From Camelus ferus (taxonomy: Eukaryota), in contig NC_045697.1 in assembly GCF_009834535.1 (NCBI RefSeq), forward strand, positions 118,794,001 through 118,858,000: a stretch of DNA of 64,000 bases, in the 5' to 3' direction. The position numbers were made by a program, and so were the translations under genes. The number at the start of each line of letters is the position of its first letter. Position 1 is the stretch's first letter. Positions 46,786-60,470 of this stretch are shown here, piece by piece. The notes below the pieces were generated by a model. It saw only the letters and a program-made list of their open reading frames with translations. It made no database searches and was not told the origin of the DNA.

Positions 46786-49700
46786 GGGGAAAAAAAAAGA
46801 GGTAGGACACATGAGAATGATGACGACAGGCCAGCTAGCAAATGAAAATAAAATCTGTTTTTTCCCAAATTTTGTGACTTTTTGTGGCATTTGCAATTGT
46901 TAAGTATTTGTTTTTTCTCATGCAAAATAAGTGTGTATATATATACACACACATATATATATTTGCATTTAATGTTGTTTTTATATTTTTATATCCTTTT
47001 CCTAAAAAGGGCCCTAGGTTGATTAATATCAGGAATCAGGTGACAAGTCCTGGACCTGCTCAGGAGAGCGCTGTGCTCCCCTGTTGCATCTTGAGGTCAC
47101 GTCCCCTGCTGCTTTTACCAGGAGATCCCTGTAACGAATACTTTTCACAATCTGCCATGCCTGAAATGGTCTCACTCCTCTGCTGTGATACAGTCCTCCC
47201 TGACTGGTAACCCCTTCACCTGTCCACTTGCTGCCTGGTGGTCCGAGGACCAGATGGGGGGCCGTCTGTGCAGAGCTGCCTGCTCCTCCAGAGTGGAGGA
47301 GCTCCTCCTCTCTGGCTTCCTGGAGCCTGCCCTCCCCTCGCCTGGGCTCTGAGTGGGGCATCGCATGCTCTCCACACTGCAGGCCTGCACTCCTGAAGGC
47401 AGGGCGTTGCATCTGTCCTTATATAAACCTAGCACCATGCCCAGCACAGAGTAGGACTCACATTGTGGAGTGGGTGAACAGCTTCCCAAAGCTGGAAGGC
47501 CTGGGGTAGGCGGGAGAATGTTCAGGAACCCAGGGTTGCACGCAGGGCAGGCGTGGCCCGTGGAGGCCACGGACGTGAAGGCAGATGCCCGGGGAGAAGC
47601 AGAGGCCAGCTGCAAAGCCTAGTTTCCCAGGGCGACCTGGAGGAAGTAACATCAAAAATATATATATTTTTTTTTGGAATGTGCCCAAACCTGATAAGGA
47701 AGAAATAAAGATGGCTTTATTCTAATCAGCACTGCATATTATATATTTTGAGATGAGACATTTGAACAACCTTTAATTGGCAGGGGCCTGTGATTACCAT
47801 TTTATAAAGAAAACTGCCGGTGACTTCCAGGACTGATGTATTTCTCTGTCCCGTTCCAGGCGATGTCCTGACCTGCTGGGACTGAGGGAGCGAGCCTGTG
47901 CCCAGGAGTGGGTGACTCCCGCCCCCTCCTGTCACCAAGTCCCTCTCCTTCATTAATCTGTCATTTTTCCATTTGGCCCTCTTCTCTGGTAAAGGAAAGG
48001 AGAAAAGCATTAGAAATAACATTCTAGTGTTTTAGAAGTTACAGGTAGATAACATTAAGCATCATGCTTTTTCTTGTGTTTTGTTAAAATGTTCCACGTG
48101 CTGCAGGCACTAATGGCCTATATAGGAATCATTAAATGCTCCAAATTATTAAAACAAATTATGAGCACAGGTGCTTCACAAGCATGGAGGTTTAAATTTG
48201 GGGACTTTATATATTTCTCACCTGTTACATTTACTGGTATTTCACACACATTAATTTCCCAGCTATTTCTGAATTATGTAAAATGGTGTTTTAGATGACA
48301 TTGTAAGGATGTTTTTTTTCCTCTGCAGAAAGGAAAGATGATTAATGCAGTTACAAAGATGTTTATGAGAGACAGAAAAGTATTTCTTTGTGGGTGGGAA
48401 GTTGTTTCTCCAACCGTTCGGCAAATGTAGACACAATAAAACATCCAGACCAGGCACCAGGCAGGCCATGTGCATTACGCCCTCCTGAGCTGGAGTTTGT
48501 GGCAGGAGTTCCAGATAAAAAGAAGGCCCCAAAATCCCTGCAGGCCCCACCCCAGAGCATCCTGGTATGATCCCTTTCCTTACAGGAAAACAGTTTCCTA
48601 AAGAAAAATTACTTCCAACACTGAAAAGCTAACTCCAGGCCGGGATTTGGAAATATGAAATGTTCGAGTCAGAAGAGTTTTTACATTTCATCTAACCCAA
48701 CTCTCCCATTTTACAGAGGAGGAATCAAAGGCCCAGGAAGGGAATCACTTTGCACAGTTTGTAAACGGGGCACCAGTGGAGTGGCTTCTGCGCTGGGGTT
48801 CTCTCTGCAGCAGTGTCACGGCGGCCCCCACGTCTGGCCGCCAGCCTGCAGCTGCTGCAGCGGGGCTCCATCACGTCCAGGGAAGCAAAGTTTGACTACA
48901 GTTTGGAACTACTGGCCCTTAGCAGGTGTGTGACTTCATAAAAGTTACTTAATCTCTTCGGCCTTGGTTTCCCATCCACCTGGGGCAGAAAGTCATTATT
49001 GTCTCCACCCCAGTGATCAGCGCCTGGGAGGGGCAGGGCATCTGGGCCTCGCAGGAGTGGCTTCAAGTAACGCGGCCTCTCTGACTCTATGGCTTACCTA
49101 TTAGAATCTGCATTTTAAAATGTACCGTGAAGGGACATAATCTGTACATTAATGGGGATGGAAAGCAGAGAAGATAAGGGGAGAAAGGGCATGAAAGAGA
49201 ATTATTTGTTTAGCAAGAGACTTTTTATTTTACCATTTTCACACAATAAACAGATCCACTTGGAAATTTTTCCTTGGGGTCCCGGAATTCAAACTACACA
49301 TTGAGGAACTTTGGTAAATTTCTTCAAGTTGTTTGAGTTTCAATATCCCCATTACAATATTGGGATTGAAAAATACCTGGATGCTTTTAGGTTCTTTCCA
49401 AAATACAGTTGGGGCCTTTACAGAGAACATTCTCTATTGGGTATCATTGCCCGCATCACCGGGGGGCCTTGGCCCTGCTGGGGAGCACAGCTTCATCCTT
49501 CTCTCCTCAGTCCTTTGCCCAATAAACCAGTGTTAAAGGGAAGGGGGAACTAATCCCCATGGGCACCTGCATGTGCCACACCAGCCAGGCTCACATCCTG
49601 AATTTTATTTAAGGTTTTGAGTGTGTTCTCATCTTTGTGCAAACACGGCCTGTTACGTAGTCAGAAACCATCACTGGCTAGAAGCCTACCATCAAGGAGG

Positions 49701-51379
49701 TACGGGGCCTGCTCCCCTGCCCCACCGGTTGGTTCTGCACCGTGCATTGCTCCTGTCTCATCAGGAATGCCTCTGACCTTGCTGCTGCCTTTGCTCCGGG
49801 CTCCCGCAAGGGGCACCTCTGTCTGCGTGGCTCACTCTGCACTCACTGAGGTCTTGGCTCTAAGTCACCTTCTCATGTGAGCACTGCAGCCCTCAACACT
49901 GTGTTCCACTCTCCTTTCCACCTTTTGCACCCACACAGTGTTCAGAAGGGCCTCTGCTTCACAGCCTCTCGGGACCTGGGGAGGGGGCGTGTGAATGAAC
50001 CACGTGCCCACAGGGAGGGATGCTGCAGTGTTTGGTGAACAGCACCAATGGTCACCATGACCTGGATCTAGCTGCCAAATACTTTGTCTGTCTCTTGCTC
50101 ATCTGGAAAGACACACTCCTCCTTTCTTCAGTTGAGGCAACACAAAAGGTCCACCAGTCCCATCCCGAATGTCAAGGTGACCTGTATGTGTGCTGCTCTC
50201 CGTATCAAGTTTGAACATGGCTTTCCCTGATCCAGCATCCTCTAATAAACTAAAAAGGAAAGCTGCCTAATCCCTGCCCCATGTACAGTAAGGCTACAAG
50301 CACAGAGAAGGGCCAGGAAAGTCACCATCAGCCCGCTGGTTTGCAGCCATTCTGAGGTCCCGGTGGGCAGAGCCTGGGTGGGCTGTGCTCCCTGAGAGGA
50401 GAGCGTCTGATTAAGCGTTAATTCTGCTCCCAGAGGCCTCTCTCCCTGGCTCTCGACGCCCTTGTCCAGGAGTTTTCCTTTTCCACTAACTCTTCTGACG
50501 GTGGGAAAGTTGGCGCTGGAGAGTAAGCCTCCTTTGTGGTCCCATCATCTTTTCCAGGTCACTATCTGCCCGTTACAGATAAGAATGGCAAACGTACATC
50601 TATGTCTCAAATAGTCACAGACTTTCCTTCCTGACTTGAGGTCCTAGGTGGCAGTAGAACTCTCCAAAAACCTAGCCAGCCTCTTACCTCCTAGGCCAGT
50701 CTCACGTGAGCATGTTCACAGACCTTGTGTCAAAATAATTCTGAGATCCATGCCATGCCTTTAATTTTGCACACCACAGCCTCTGCCCGGCCCTTTGCTT
50801 TCCTCCCACTCTTACTCTTTCTCTTAAGTGCAGGTACCTTGGTCCTCTCAGCTTTCACTGGAAGAGCCACGCATTACTGTCTTGTCCAGTCAGTAGCAGT
50901 CAACGGATCAGACATGGCGGGTTTTCACCTTCATTGTTAGTTCAAGGCCCATCATCCCTGCCTGGAGCATGAGGTCCTCGAAGGCAGGAGCTCTCCTGTT
51001 GGCACAGTTCTGGGTCTTGAGTGGCTTGCCAGGCCTGACATAGTGCAACAAAGTGATGATGAGTGAGCAGGATGAGTCAGGAAAAGGCTGGGTCTGGTCA
51101 ATTGAATTCCCTGTCTCAGAAGGTTTCTTTAAATGGAAACTCAGTGGAAAGGATAAACATGGGATTTGTGGAGAATTACTCAACTATGTAAAAGTACATA
51201 CCACAGAGTACCCTGCGCCTAAGCCAGTCTCTCTGCCCATCCTGCACTGGGGTCAGGACAGTGCCCTCTGGACCCTGCCCTCCCACATCCGAGTCCTCTC
51301 TGTTCTAAGGGTGTCTGTCTCTCACTGACTTTGCAGCATCATATCTCCTTCCTGCACCTCCTGCCCTGCTCTTGATGCG

Positions 51380-51690
51380 GCCTCTCCTCATTCTGCTCCT
51401 TTTGCCTCAGGGCTTCCCCATCACTTTACCCAGTTTCCACTTCCCCGCTGGCTTAGCTCATCTGTTCCCAGGACCTTAAAAAGCCATATCCATGCCTGAG
51501 GATTCCCACATGTTATTTCTAACCCTGAACTTCCCTTCTAGGCACCAGATTCTTGGAGCCACCTGCCCGTGGGATATCTCCTCTTGAAAGCAGCATTTCA
51601 AATTCAGCATGCCTCAGTGGAAGGTGATTTTCCAACACCTCGGATAACGGCCCTGTGCCCTCCTGGCTCAGCGAACACCACCAGCAGCTT
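51380..51690 (+). mobile_element. LINE-2 fragment
   Basis: ctcatct..ccca..tatccatg..attccca..ccctgaact..ccagattct..cacctgcc..tcaaattcagcatg. Confidence 0.55.
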
Positions 51691-52203
51691 CCAAGCACAC
51701 CTCCCTCCCCCCGCGTACAGGCTCATGAACTTTTAACTGCAGGTGATTTGTGGCAGTAAGGAGGATCTGTAACTCATATGGGAAACAAGTATCCACAGCA
51801 CAAAGGTACAGATTCATAACCAAATAAGCAGGAGGTCAGAGAGTTTTAAAGTTTCAGGGAAATAACAGTTTTGGCAGGCTGGGAACAACAGCAGAAGAGG
51901 CCAGGAAAGGGAACTCTGCTGCTGAGTTAGTTACATTTAGAAAACTGGAGTTTAAAATGGCTGTTTCCTCGTCAGTCTTAAAGGGATATAAACAAGACTC
52001 TGAAATGAAGGTGAGCGTCAGCAAATGATAATAGAGACATGCTCGGTCCTGGGGTCCTTTATAGAAACTCTGACCCCAGGGTTGCCTACTTGGAAAGAGT
52101 CAATAAGCACATTTAGAGCAGCCACCATCTGCCTCGTCGAATGGGAGAGATGGCCAAATAGGAAATCCTCCCTGCAAGTGGATTAACTTGACAGTATACT
52201 TAC

Positions 52204-53016
52204 TTAGGCAAATACATCGCTTTCAAAATGAAGGGAGGATTTAATTCCATCAAACAGATTGTAACAAGGACATAGGGACACAAGGACACCTTGTTTCAAT
52301 ATGTTTCCTCTCTTACTGGGGTTTATTTCTTGACACACTTAGGAATTCTACTAATGGAAATTCTCTCTGCTTCAGATAGTTAAAAGCAAAACAAAGTAAC
52401 ACAATACAAAAACAACCAATAGTCTCCTGCATGGAGGGTGCCCCTCCCTGTGGTGACCCCTAACCCTCCTGCCCACCACGTTGTGGCGGCGTGCCCGCTC
52501 CAGCTTTGCTTGGGGCCTTTGCTAGGTTGTCACTGGCTGAGCACGACAGTGATGCTTGGCTCTCTGGCAGGCTCACCATAAACGCAGAGCGCCCCTGCCG
52601 CTGCACACGTTCCCCAGGGATGCGGGCCCCTGCCGGCTGCTGCTCTCCAGCTGTGAGTGCGGACCTGGGTGTGGATGCCGTGTAAAGGAGCACTCAGCCT
52701 GCGCTGATCTTTAGCAGTCACATAGTTGACTGTAATATCCCTGCACAGCCAGAGAAAACAAATAGTGGTTTGGGGTCACATGGGTGTATTGACTCTAGAA
52801 TTTATTACATAGGACCCGTGTTACAAAATAGGTAGCTGTGATAAATCCTTGAGCAACTTAACCATTTGTTATAATATTGAAGAACTCAGAAATTGATGAA
52901 CATTTGACTTACCAAGACCCTTATGCTCATGAGTGGTGCGTATCACTTGGAAGTATACAAAATTCCTTGGCAGTACTTTTAGGTTTAATATCATCTTCAA
53001 GCCAGGTGATCTGTCT
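52204..53016 (-). ncRNA. Three candidate exons of a spliced, apparently non-coding minus-strand transcript (53016-52913, 52740-52577, 52366-52204)
   Basis: Each has a pyrimidine tract plus AG, and donors GTAAGT, GTGAGC, GTAAGT. No reading frame stays open across all three. Confidence 0.35.
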
Positions 53017-53475
53017 CTGAAATAAAAAGAAAAAATTTTACTTAAATTATATTTATATTTGTCTCATGACGCTATAGTAGATGTCATTTTCATAGTTTTT
53101 TATTCTCCAATAGTTTACTTATGATTGATAACAGAGCTAATGAGTAATCATTTACAAATTCTTAAAGACAATATCAAACGCTAAGCACAAGGATACATAT
53201 AAAAGGAAACATCAAATTTGCTTATAAACTTTTCACACCTATGGGCTGGACCTTCCAGACGTTTTGACTATCCAGTTTATAACCTTTCCATTTGCTAGTT
53301 TCAGCCATTGCCCATTATCTCACCTGATACACCGGTGGTCGCAAAAGAACAGCCCGCAGGTTTTGATTGAATGTGAAGTGGCCGTAAAAGCCCGCTGAAG
53401 CCATGCTGTCACTGACAGCATGCCCTCATCGGGTGGCTCTAGTGCGTTACTTACAGCAATGTGGTTTTGCTTGGT

Positions 53476-53565
53476 TTTGTTTTTTAATGGAACTACTGGG
53501 GATTGAACCCAGGACCTTGCGCATGCTGAGCACGTGCTCTACCCCTGAGCTATACCTGCCCCTCT
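53476..53565 (-). mobile_element. tRNA-derived SINE (vic-1-like)
   Basis: tactggggattgaacccaggaccttgcgcatgctgagcacgtgctctacc.ctgagctatacc. Confidence 0.85.
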
Positions 53566-54591
53566 CCTCCGTATGTTGTTGTTTTTTTTTTTTTTACATG
53601 ACTAAACAAGTTTCTTTAGAGCTGGAAGCCGGGGTCACACAGTTTGGGCCAGAGTGGCCAGGCAGTGCACATGATGTGAGCTTTGAAATCAGGGTAGATT
53701 CGAAAGTTCAGACTTAGGGCCTTCAAGGACCTTGAACCGTGGGGCCACTTTAGAGCCTCCATTATGACCCTGAAAGATAATGAATTTCAGAATCTCATTT
53801 TCCTCTCTGTTAAGTGGCAGGAATTACTCCTCAGTCCCCAGAAGTTGCAGTGGTTGTTGGTGCAGTGAAGTCCTGGGGTCCGGCCCCAGCATGCCAAGGG
53901 GAAACAGAGCCTCCTTTAGACTAGATTTGGCCCCTGTGTGGTCCGTCGCACCCCCAAACCTGGATTCCTGCCTTCTGGGGTTCAAGCCCAAACACTTGTT
54001 TCTAGGGGAAGAGTCGACAGCATCCTCTCCCTCACGCATTCCCAAGGCCAAGGGGTTCTGGTGCCAGAAGAAATGAGTCAAAGCAGTGGAAACCCCTGTC
54101 AATTCAGAGCTGGGCCCACCAGCATTCGGAGGAGGGGAGGGGAGGGGATGGGAAGGTGGAGATGGTCCTCCAGAGAACGGGGTGGGGTGGGCAGGGTGCT
54201 GCGAGTGTGGGATTGGGCAGCCACAAAGCAGCCTTGTGGCTAACTCACGCTCCATGTAGGAGTCTGAGAAATGTCAGGGAGATGATTTGAAGAGGCCGCA
54301 AGTTGGAGATGTAGCCTTAAGAGAATGGCTCAAGCACAAAACTATCAATTTATAAAAAGATGAAATTATATCCCAATATTATGCCTAATTTAAAAAAATT
54401 AACCCCAGATGATTCAAGGATTTAAACATTAAGATAGAAACGCCAGCATTCTTAGTGGAAAGGAGAGTGAACGTCTCTAGACCTCAAGGCAGGGAAGGAT
54501 TTCTTAAGCAGAACAAGGAGTGCACTTACCATGAAGGCTGATGAATCTGACTATATTAAGATTAAGAACTTTATTCATCAAAAGACACCTT

Positions 54592-54965
54592 GGGGGAGGG
54601 TGTAGCTCAGTGGCACAGTGTGTGCTCAGCATGCACAAGGACCTGGGTTCAAGCCCCAGTACATTAAAAGATACATAAGAATCCCACTTGTTGGCATGTG
54701 AAGCTACTGAGCCCATAAAAACTGGCAACACCATGCCTCGCGGCCTCTCTCGCTCCCTCTCTCGCTCCCTTTTCTTCCCAGATAACACGCACTCTGTCTA
54801 CAGAGTCTATATCTACTCTTACTTTAACCTGAGCGCACAACCGCCACATCTCATGGCCTTTCTCTAGCCTTCTGAAACATGCAGTATGTATCTCTCTAAA
54901 TCAAAAAAAAGATAAATAAATAAGTAAATAAATAAATCTAACTACCTCCCTCCCCCAAAACAAAC
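54592..54965 (+). mobile_element. tRNA-derived SINE interrupted by an LTR-like insert (54674-54906)
   Basis: Head gggggagggtgtagctcagtgg. TSD aagacacctt (54582-54591 / 54966-54975). The inner insert is flanked by aaaagata. Confidence 0.8.
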
Positions 54966-55595
54966 AAGACACCTTAAAGAAGGTGAAAAGCAATTTAAAC
55001 TAAAAGATATTCACAATACATACAGTTGAAAAAAAATTAGTAAGAGACTGAGACTTACTTTATAACCCCAAGACCTTTTTTTACAACTTGCACGCGTTAT
55101 TATGTTGATTTTTAACATTAAATTGGAGAAACAAAAAGATTCAGTAAAGTTAGATTCATTATCTCCTCTCAGATAACTGTTGGAGCCTAGGTGATGTAAT
55201 GAGGGAATTCAGCGCATTAAAATTATCCCCTTTATGTAAATGACTGACACTCTCCATTTACAGGATTTAAAAAAAAAAGCAAACACATCATAACTAATTA
55301 TAAGAACAAAACTGTTTGCATATCAGATGCCATTTATTCTAAACCAACTGCCAAAGAATATTTCTGCAAATGCACTGGAGAAAGTAGCAGAACATACATG
55401 GGAGACGCACACCAACTTCAGGACAATGACTCCCTGTGGGGACGGAAAGGAAAGATGTTTCAGTGGTATCTATTTTAAAGAAGAGAGTAGTGAGGCAACT
55501 GTGGAAAATGCTAACATTTTAAGTGGGAGGGGGTGGTACATGAGTCTTTGTTATACAACTGTTTTGAATGTGTGAAATTTTTCATAATTTAAATT

Positions 55596-55728
55596 GGGGG
55601 TGGGGGGTCCAGGGGGAGGTAATTAGGTTGGTTTATTTATTTACTTAACAGAAGTACTGGGGATCTGAACCCAGGGCCTCGTGCATGCTTAGCACGCGCT
55701 CTACCACTAAGCTATAGCCTCCTCCCCC
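55596..55728 (-). mobile_element. tRNA-derived SINE (vic-1-like)
   Basis: gggggaggtaattagg..gtactgggga..aacccaggg..gctctaccact; TSD-like taatttaaat on both sides. Confidence 0.85.
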
Positions 55729-56034
55729 GTAATTTAAATCCTTACTTTAAAATTAAGCACACTGGGGAGAAGTGTGCATCAACACTAGTTGTCTCAGGAT
55801 ATTGGAAACAGGATTTGTCTACACCAGCTCATTTTCTAGAATGACCAACTCTGATGTTTATATTTTAAAATTTGACACACCTGTATGAATGATTATGAAT
55901 TGGTAACAAAGCAGAGAATCAGAAGATCACAGGTTGCAGAAGACACAAGATGTAGACTCCGTGAGCCTGCCCTCCACCTGCCCCACCTGCCGACCCTGCA
56001 GAAACCTTCATGCCAGCACTGATGGTGACTGCTG

Positions 56035-56522
56035 CCCCTTTCCCCCTTGGTAACCGTAAGTTTGTTCCCTATGTCTGTGAGTCTTTCTGTTTTCTAAGTA
56101 AGTTCATTTGTGTCTTTTTTTTTTTTTTTTGATTCCACATATAATGATACCATATGGGATTTTTCTTTTTCTTTCTGATTTGCTTCACTTAGAATGATGA
56201 TCTCCAGGTCCACCCATGCTGCTGTAAAGGGCATTATTTTATTTACTTTTTATGGCTGAGTAGTATTCCATTGTGTACATATATCACATCTTTATCCATT
56301 CATCTGTCAATAGATATTTCAGGTTGTTTGCATGTCTTGGCTATTGTAAACAGTGCTGCTGCGAACACTGGGGTGCATGTGTCTTTTCAAATTATACTTT
56401 TCTCTGGATACATGCCCAGGAGTGGGATTATTTATTTATTTTTAATGCCAGTACTGGGTACTGAGCCCAGGACCTCGTGCTCGCTAAGCAGGCACTCTGC
56501 CACCGAGCTGTACCCTGCCCCT
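56035..56522 (-). mobile_element. L1 3'UTR fragment followed by a SINE (56428-56522)
   Basis: ggtaaccgtaagtttg..gattccacatata..cccaggagtgggatt, then gtactgggtactgagcccaggacc. Confidence 0.8.
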
Positions 56523-56780
56523 TTATTGACTTGAATTGTCTAAGAGACCATTGTCCAGCCCTGTCTCTTCTTTGTAGCAGTAGATTGAGAAGAGAGGCTG
56601 GTCGATGGCCAAGCCCACAGACATAGCCTGGTTACAGATCCCGGTGGAGGGAGTGAGGAAACTGCTTCTCTCTGTCATTCCTGAGACAGGGGTTACATTT
56701 ATAAGAACAGTTTATCTCCACTTGAGGGCATTGATAATGCTTTTTTTTAATGTGTTAATAAAAACATTACCAATTGGAGA

Positions 56781-57350
56781 CGGGGAGGGTATAACTCAAG
56801 TGGTAGAGCACATGCTTAGCATGCATGAGGTCCTGGCTTCAATCCCCAGTACCACCATAAAAAAAATAATAAATAAATGAATGAATAAATAAACCTAATT
56901 ACCTTCCCCCACCAAAAAAAAAGTAAAAACAAAACAAAATATTACAAAGTGGTCAACAGGATCACGAATAGAGCAAATGAAAGCTTTTAAAAAAATTCTT
57001 GGGGGGAGGTAATTAAGTGTACTTATTTATTTTTTTAATGGAAGTTAAAACCCTGGCTCCACAGAAGGGCAGCAGTCACCACGGTAGTCTTTTACGGTTT
57101 GTGACAAAAGCAAAGCAAAAAGAATGACATCAACAACCAACAACAAAAAACACCCCAAACTCCCTGGCACTTTCATCATCCTGGGCAGCTTTATTCTCTG
57201 TAAATGGCCCTCTTTGTTGGACTTTTTCATTTATTAAAATATCTCCCCAGAGGGGAGAGGGTACAGCTCTGTGGTAGAGCACGTGCTTAGCTTGCATGAG
57301 GTTCTGGGTTCAATCCCCGGTACCTGTGTTAAATTTTTTTTTTAAATAAT
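56781..57350 (+). mobile_element. SINE cluster (56781-56940 +, ~56985-57045 - partial, 57251-57350 +)
   Basis: ggggagggtataactcaagtggtagagcacatgcttagcatgcatgaggtcctgg; TSD-like tccccaga around the last copy. Confidence 0.85.
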
Positions 57351-58077
57351 AGTAAGTATTTCCCCAGATTTCATTATCATCTTCATGGATCACAGTTTAG
57401 GAGACTGGTAGGGAGGGAGATTTACTTTCCCATTGCACCTAAAAAGGATATACTTTATTTAAAACAAAACTTTTCCTCGAACAAGAGGTGATTTTTTTTT
57501 TTAATGTGGTGAGTGTGCGTGCCACACTGTTCCCCGCATGTGCTAGGTAAGCCAACCACACTGCTAAAACAGAAGGGGGGAAACTCACGGATTTATAGCC
57601 TGCCTGTTACACAGAAGCCTATTACTCTGTTTAGGGATTAAAAAAGATACCTTGAGATTGGAGGATTAACTAAAAATGTCGTTGTCATTCAAATAGACTT
57701 TCTTCCTTTGTAGGAAGTGCACCAAGTTATCCAATTAATGTTGTATTTTAAACACACAAATACAAATATAAACAGTATGGAAAGATATAAGATGGCAAAT
57801 AATACTCCCCTTTCTAACTTATCTTCATAACATACTCAAACTTTTTTTTCTTTCCCATATCTTGGCATATAGATTTAACTCATTCCTTTCAATTAAACTT
57901 TCTATTATGAAAAATAGATCAAAAGGAGGTAGAGAAACAGTGTAATGAGCCCAGTCTATCTATTGTTCAGCTTCAAAATAACCAGTAATCTTGTTTGTAT
58001 TATATTTCCTACACTTAGATTGTTTAGAGGCAAAGTCTAGATGTCCCATTTCATTTGTAAATGTTTCCTGATCACCT

Positions 58078-58293
58078 TTGACCCTTGACCACACCAGGAT
58101 TAGGAGAACCGACCCGCCGCACAGTGGAAAATCCACTGATAACTCAGAGTCACCCCTCTGTATACCAAGTTCCTCCCTGCCTGCCACTCAGCAGATGGAG
58201 TCAGCCAACTCCCAAGCTTACTTAATACTGAAAAAATCTACGCACAAGGGGACCTGTGCATTTCAAACCCGTGTTGTTAAAGGGTCGGCTGTA
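58078..58293. mobile_element. Tigger2/MER8-like DNA transposon inside an old L1
   Basis: Imperfect terminal inverted repeats ttgacccttgaccacac / gtgttgttaaagggtcggctgta. Confidence 0.7.
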
Positions 58294-59149
58294 TTTAATT
58301 TTACTACTAGATCTTAACGTTTTACAGCAGTGTGAGATTTATAGAAAAACTGAGCAGATAGGAGAGTTCCATATTATAGCTTCAGTTTTCCCTATCATTG
58401 CATCCTTTATAGAGTGTATTGTACACACTGGTAATAATCTTTAAAATCAACAACCAATAGTGACACATTATTATGAAGCAGTGCCTACTTATTCCCATTT
58501 CCTTAATTTTTACCATGTATTCGTTATCTGTTCTAGGACCCCCACGTTGCCTGTCATCATCACCACCTCCTTAGGCTCCTCTTGGTTGTGACATTTTCCC
58601 AGGCTTCTATAGGTTTTGATGACCTTGACAGATTTGAGGCGCACAGGATGCCCCTCGTGGAAATCGTGTAAGGTTTTCGCCATGATTGGAGTGGGATTAT
58701 AGGTTCTAGGCAGGAAGATCAAAGAGGTCAAGGACCATTTTCATCACATCATGCAAGTTTTCCTCTCTCCAAACAAGTTGTTTCAGGTATTGGAGCATTC
58801 GTTTTCCGGAAAGAGGTGTTGAATGGTGGGGGCAGGCACTCAGCTGGGCTCAGGGTCCCACCGCCCGCTCCGTGAGCGGCTGCAGGTTCCCCCGTGGTGG
58901 GCAGGTGTGGTTCCTCGGGCTGGGGGAGACAGCCTGGGGAGAAGGGCCTTCTAGGAGACATGGAGGCTTTGAGGATGGTGGAGTCTTCCAAGGCCGCGTG
59001 GGTTCCGTTCTTCCGCCGCCCCGCTTCATCCCCTGCTCCCATTCCCGGATTCCCTCCACTTGGCACCCAAGGAGCCCCATCTGTGCAGCTGGCCAGAGAC
59101 CCTGGCAAACTCCAGCCTAGCGGTCCTGGGGGTTGTTCCAGGCCCCTTA

Positions 59150-59950
59150 GCCCGCAGAGTTGGTGACTGACAGCGTCCCTGCTCGGGGATCGCTGGTTCA
59201 GAGAGGCGCTGGGACGCGGCGGCTGCGGTGGGACGCGGTGGCCCTGGGGGACGCGGCAGTTGCGGCGGCCCCTGGGGAAGCGGCGGCTGAGGTGGGACGC
59301 GGCGGCCGGCCCCGGGGATGCAGGTCTGGGGGCGCGTGAGGGGCGGGGCAGGCCGGGCAGGAGGAGGCCGCCCTCCCCAACTCCCTCCCTCCCTGCACCC
59401 CGCCACGGGCAGATGCTGCTCCCGGCACTGCTCCGGTGCCTGGGGCTTCCTCGCGCCCTAAGTCTGAGGTAGATTCGAGAGGACAGGCAAGTCACAAACC
59501 AGAGATCCTCTACGCAGAGCTGTGGATGCTGCCCGTGCTGTTCGGTGAGTGAGCCGGGAGCCCGCGCCCTCGGATGCCCGCAGGTCGCATCCGGTCTGGT
59601 GCCGCCCACGTCACTCCTCAAGGGTGGGTCTCTGTCGTGCCCCCGAAGTTCCCCAGAATCCTGGACCCTCCTTGGGCCAGTCTGGGCGGACTCCGACCCC
59701 GAAGGCCCCTTCCCTTCCTGACCCTGGGCCCCGAGGCTCAGCACCCCTCCCCTCCCCTCCGCAGGCCAGGACGGCGAACTGATCACAGCGCTCCACCGGT
59801 GGTTCGGGGTCTCACTCGCGGTGAGCGCGGTCCCAGGATGCGGAGTCCTGATCTTCATTATTGGACCGCCCTTCTACCAGTATCTTACAATGCTCCTCAT
59901 CGTGGCGATGTCTTTCCAGCTTCGGATCGGCGACAACCGAGGTAGGGGTT
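59150..59950. promoter_or_regulatory. CpG island, probable promoter
   Basis: High GC/CpG, repeated gggacgcggc motifs, GC box gggcgggg (~59341), plus-strand donor TCG|GTGAGT at 59545. Confidence 0.7.
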
Positions 59951-60283
59951 TCAGGGGCCCCAGCAGGGAATGCTTCCTCTGCCCAGGAGCCCGGGAAGGT
60001 GGATTTCGCTCCCCGTATCTTTGCGGCTCATTTCAGTTCTTTAGTCTGAGGGCCTCGGGCAGTTTCGAAAACAGCCACCAAGTCTTAAAAACCCCCTGGG
60101 TGTGGGTCCGGGCTCCTGAGCAGGGAGAGCGAGAAGAGTTTGGGAAGGAGTCGGTGGCTAGACCCAAAGGTGAAAATCTAGCATATCTGTGCACTCTGGG
60201 GCGAGGGTCCTCGGAGCAGCATCTTTAGGGGATGTCTTCTGCGGAGTCTCTTGCAGGCCTGCCCTACCACTTAGATAACCAGG

Positions 60284-60470
60284 ACAGCGGGTTTCCAAGC
60301 ATAGTAGTCCCCGGACCAGCAGAATCAGCACCACCTGGGAGCTTGTTCGAGCTGCAAACTGGGGCGCCCACCCTGACCCATGGAATCGGAAACTAGGGGT
60401 GGCACCGAGTAATCTGTGTTTTAACACGCCCTCCAGGTAATTCTGATAAACACCGGAGTTTGAAAACCAT
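60284..60470. mobile_element. MER5A-like DNA transposon
   Basis: ggaccagcag.atcagca.cacctgggagcttgtt..aatctgtgttttaaca.gccctccaggt.attctgat..agtttga.aacca. Confidence 0.85.

Noticed and set aside
51941..52010. Plus-strand mini-exon MAVSSSVLKGYKQDSEMK|GTGAGC
   Set aside because: Isolated, with no recognisable homology or partner exons.
53476..57350. tRNA genes
   Set aside because: The tRNA-like heads carry A/T-rich tails and TSDs, so they are SINEs.
58749..59858. 369-aa minus-strand ORF
   Set aside because: Spans the CpG island with no homology or domain recognised.
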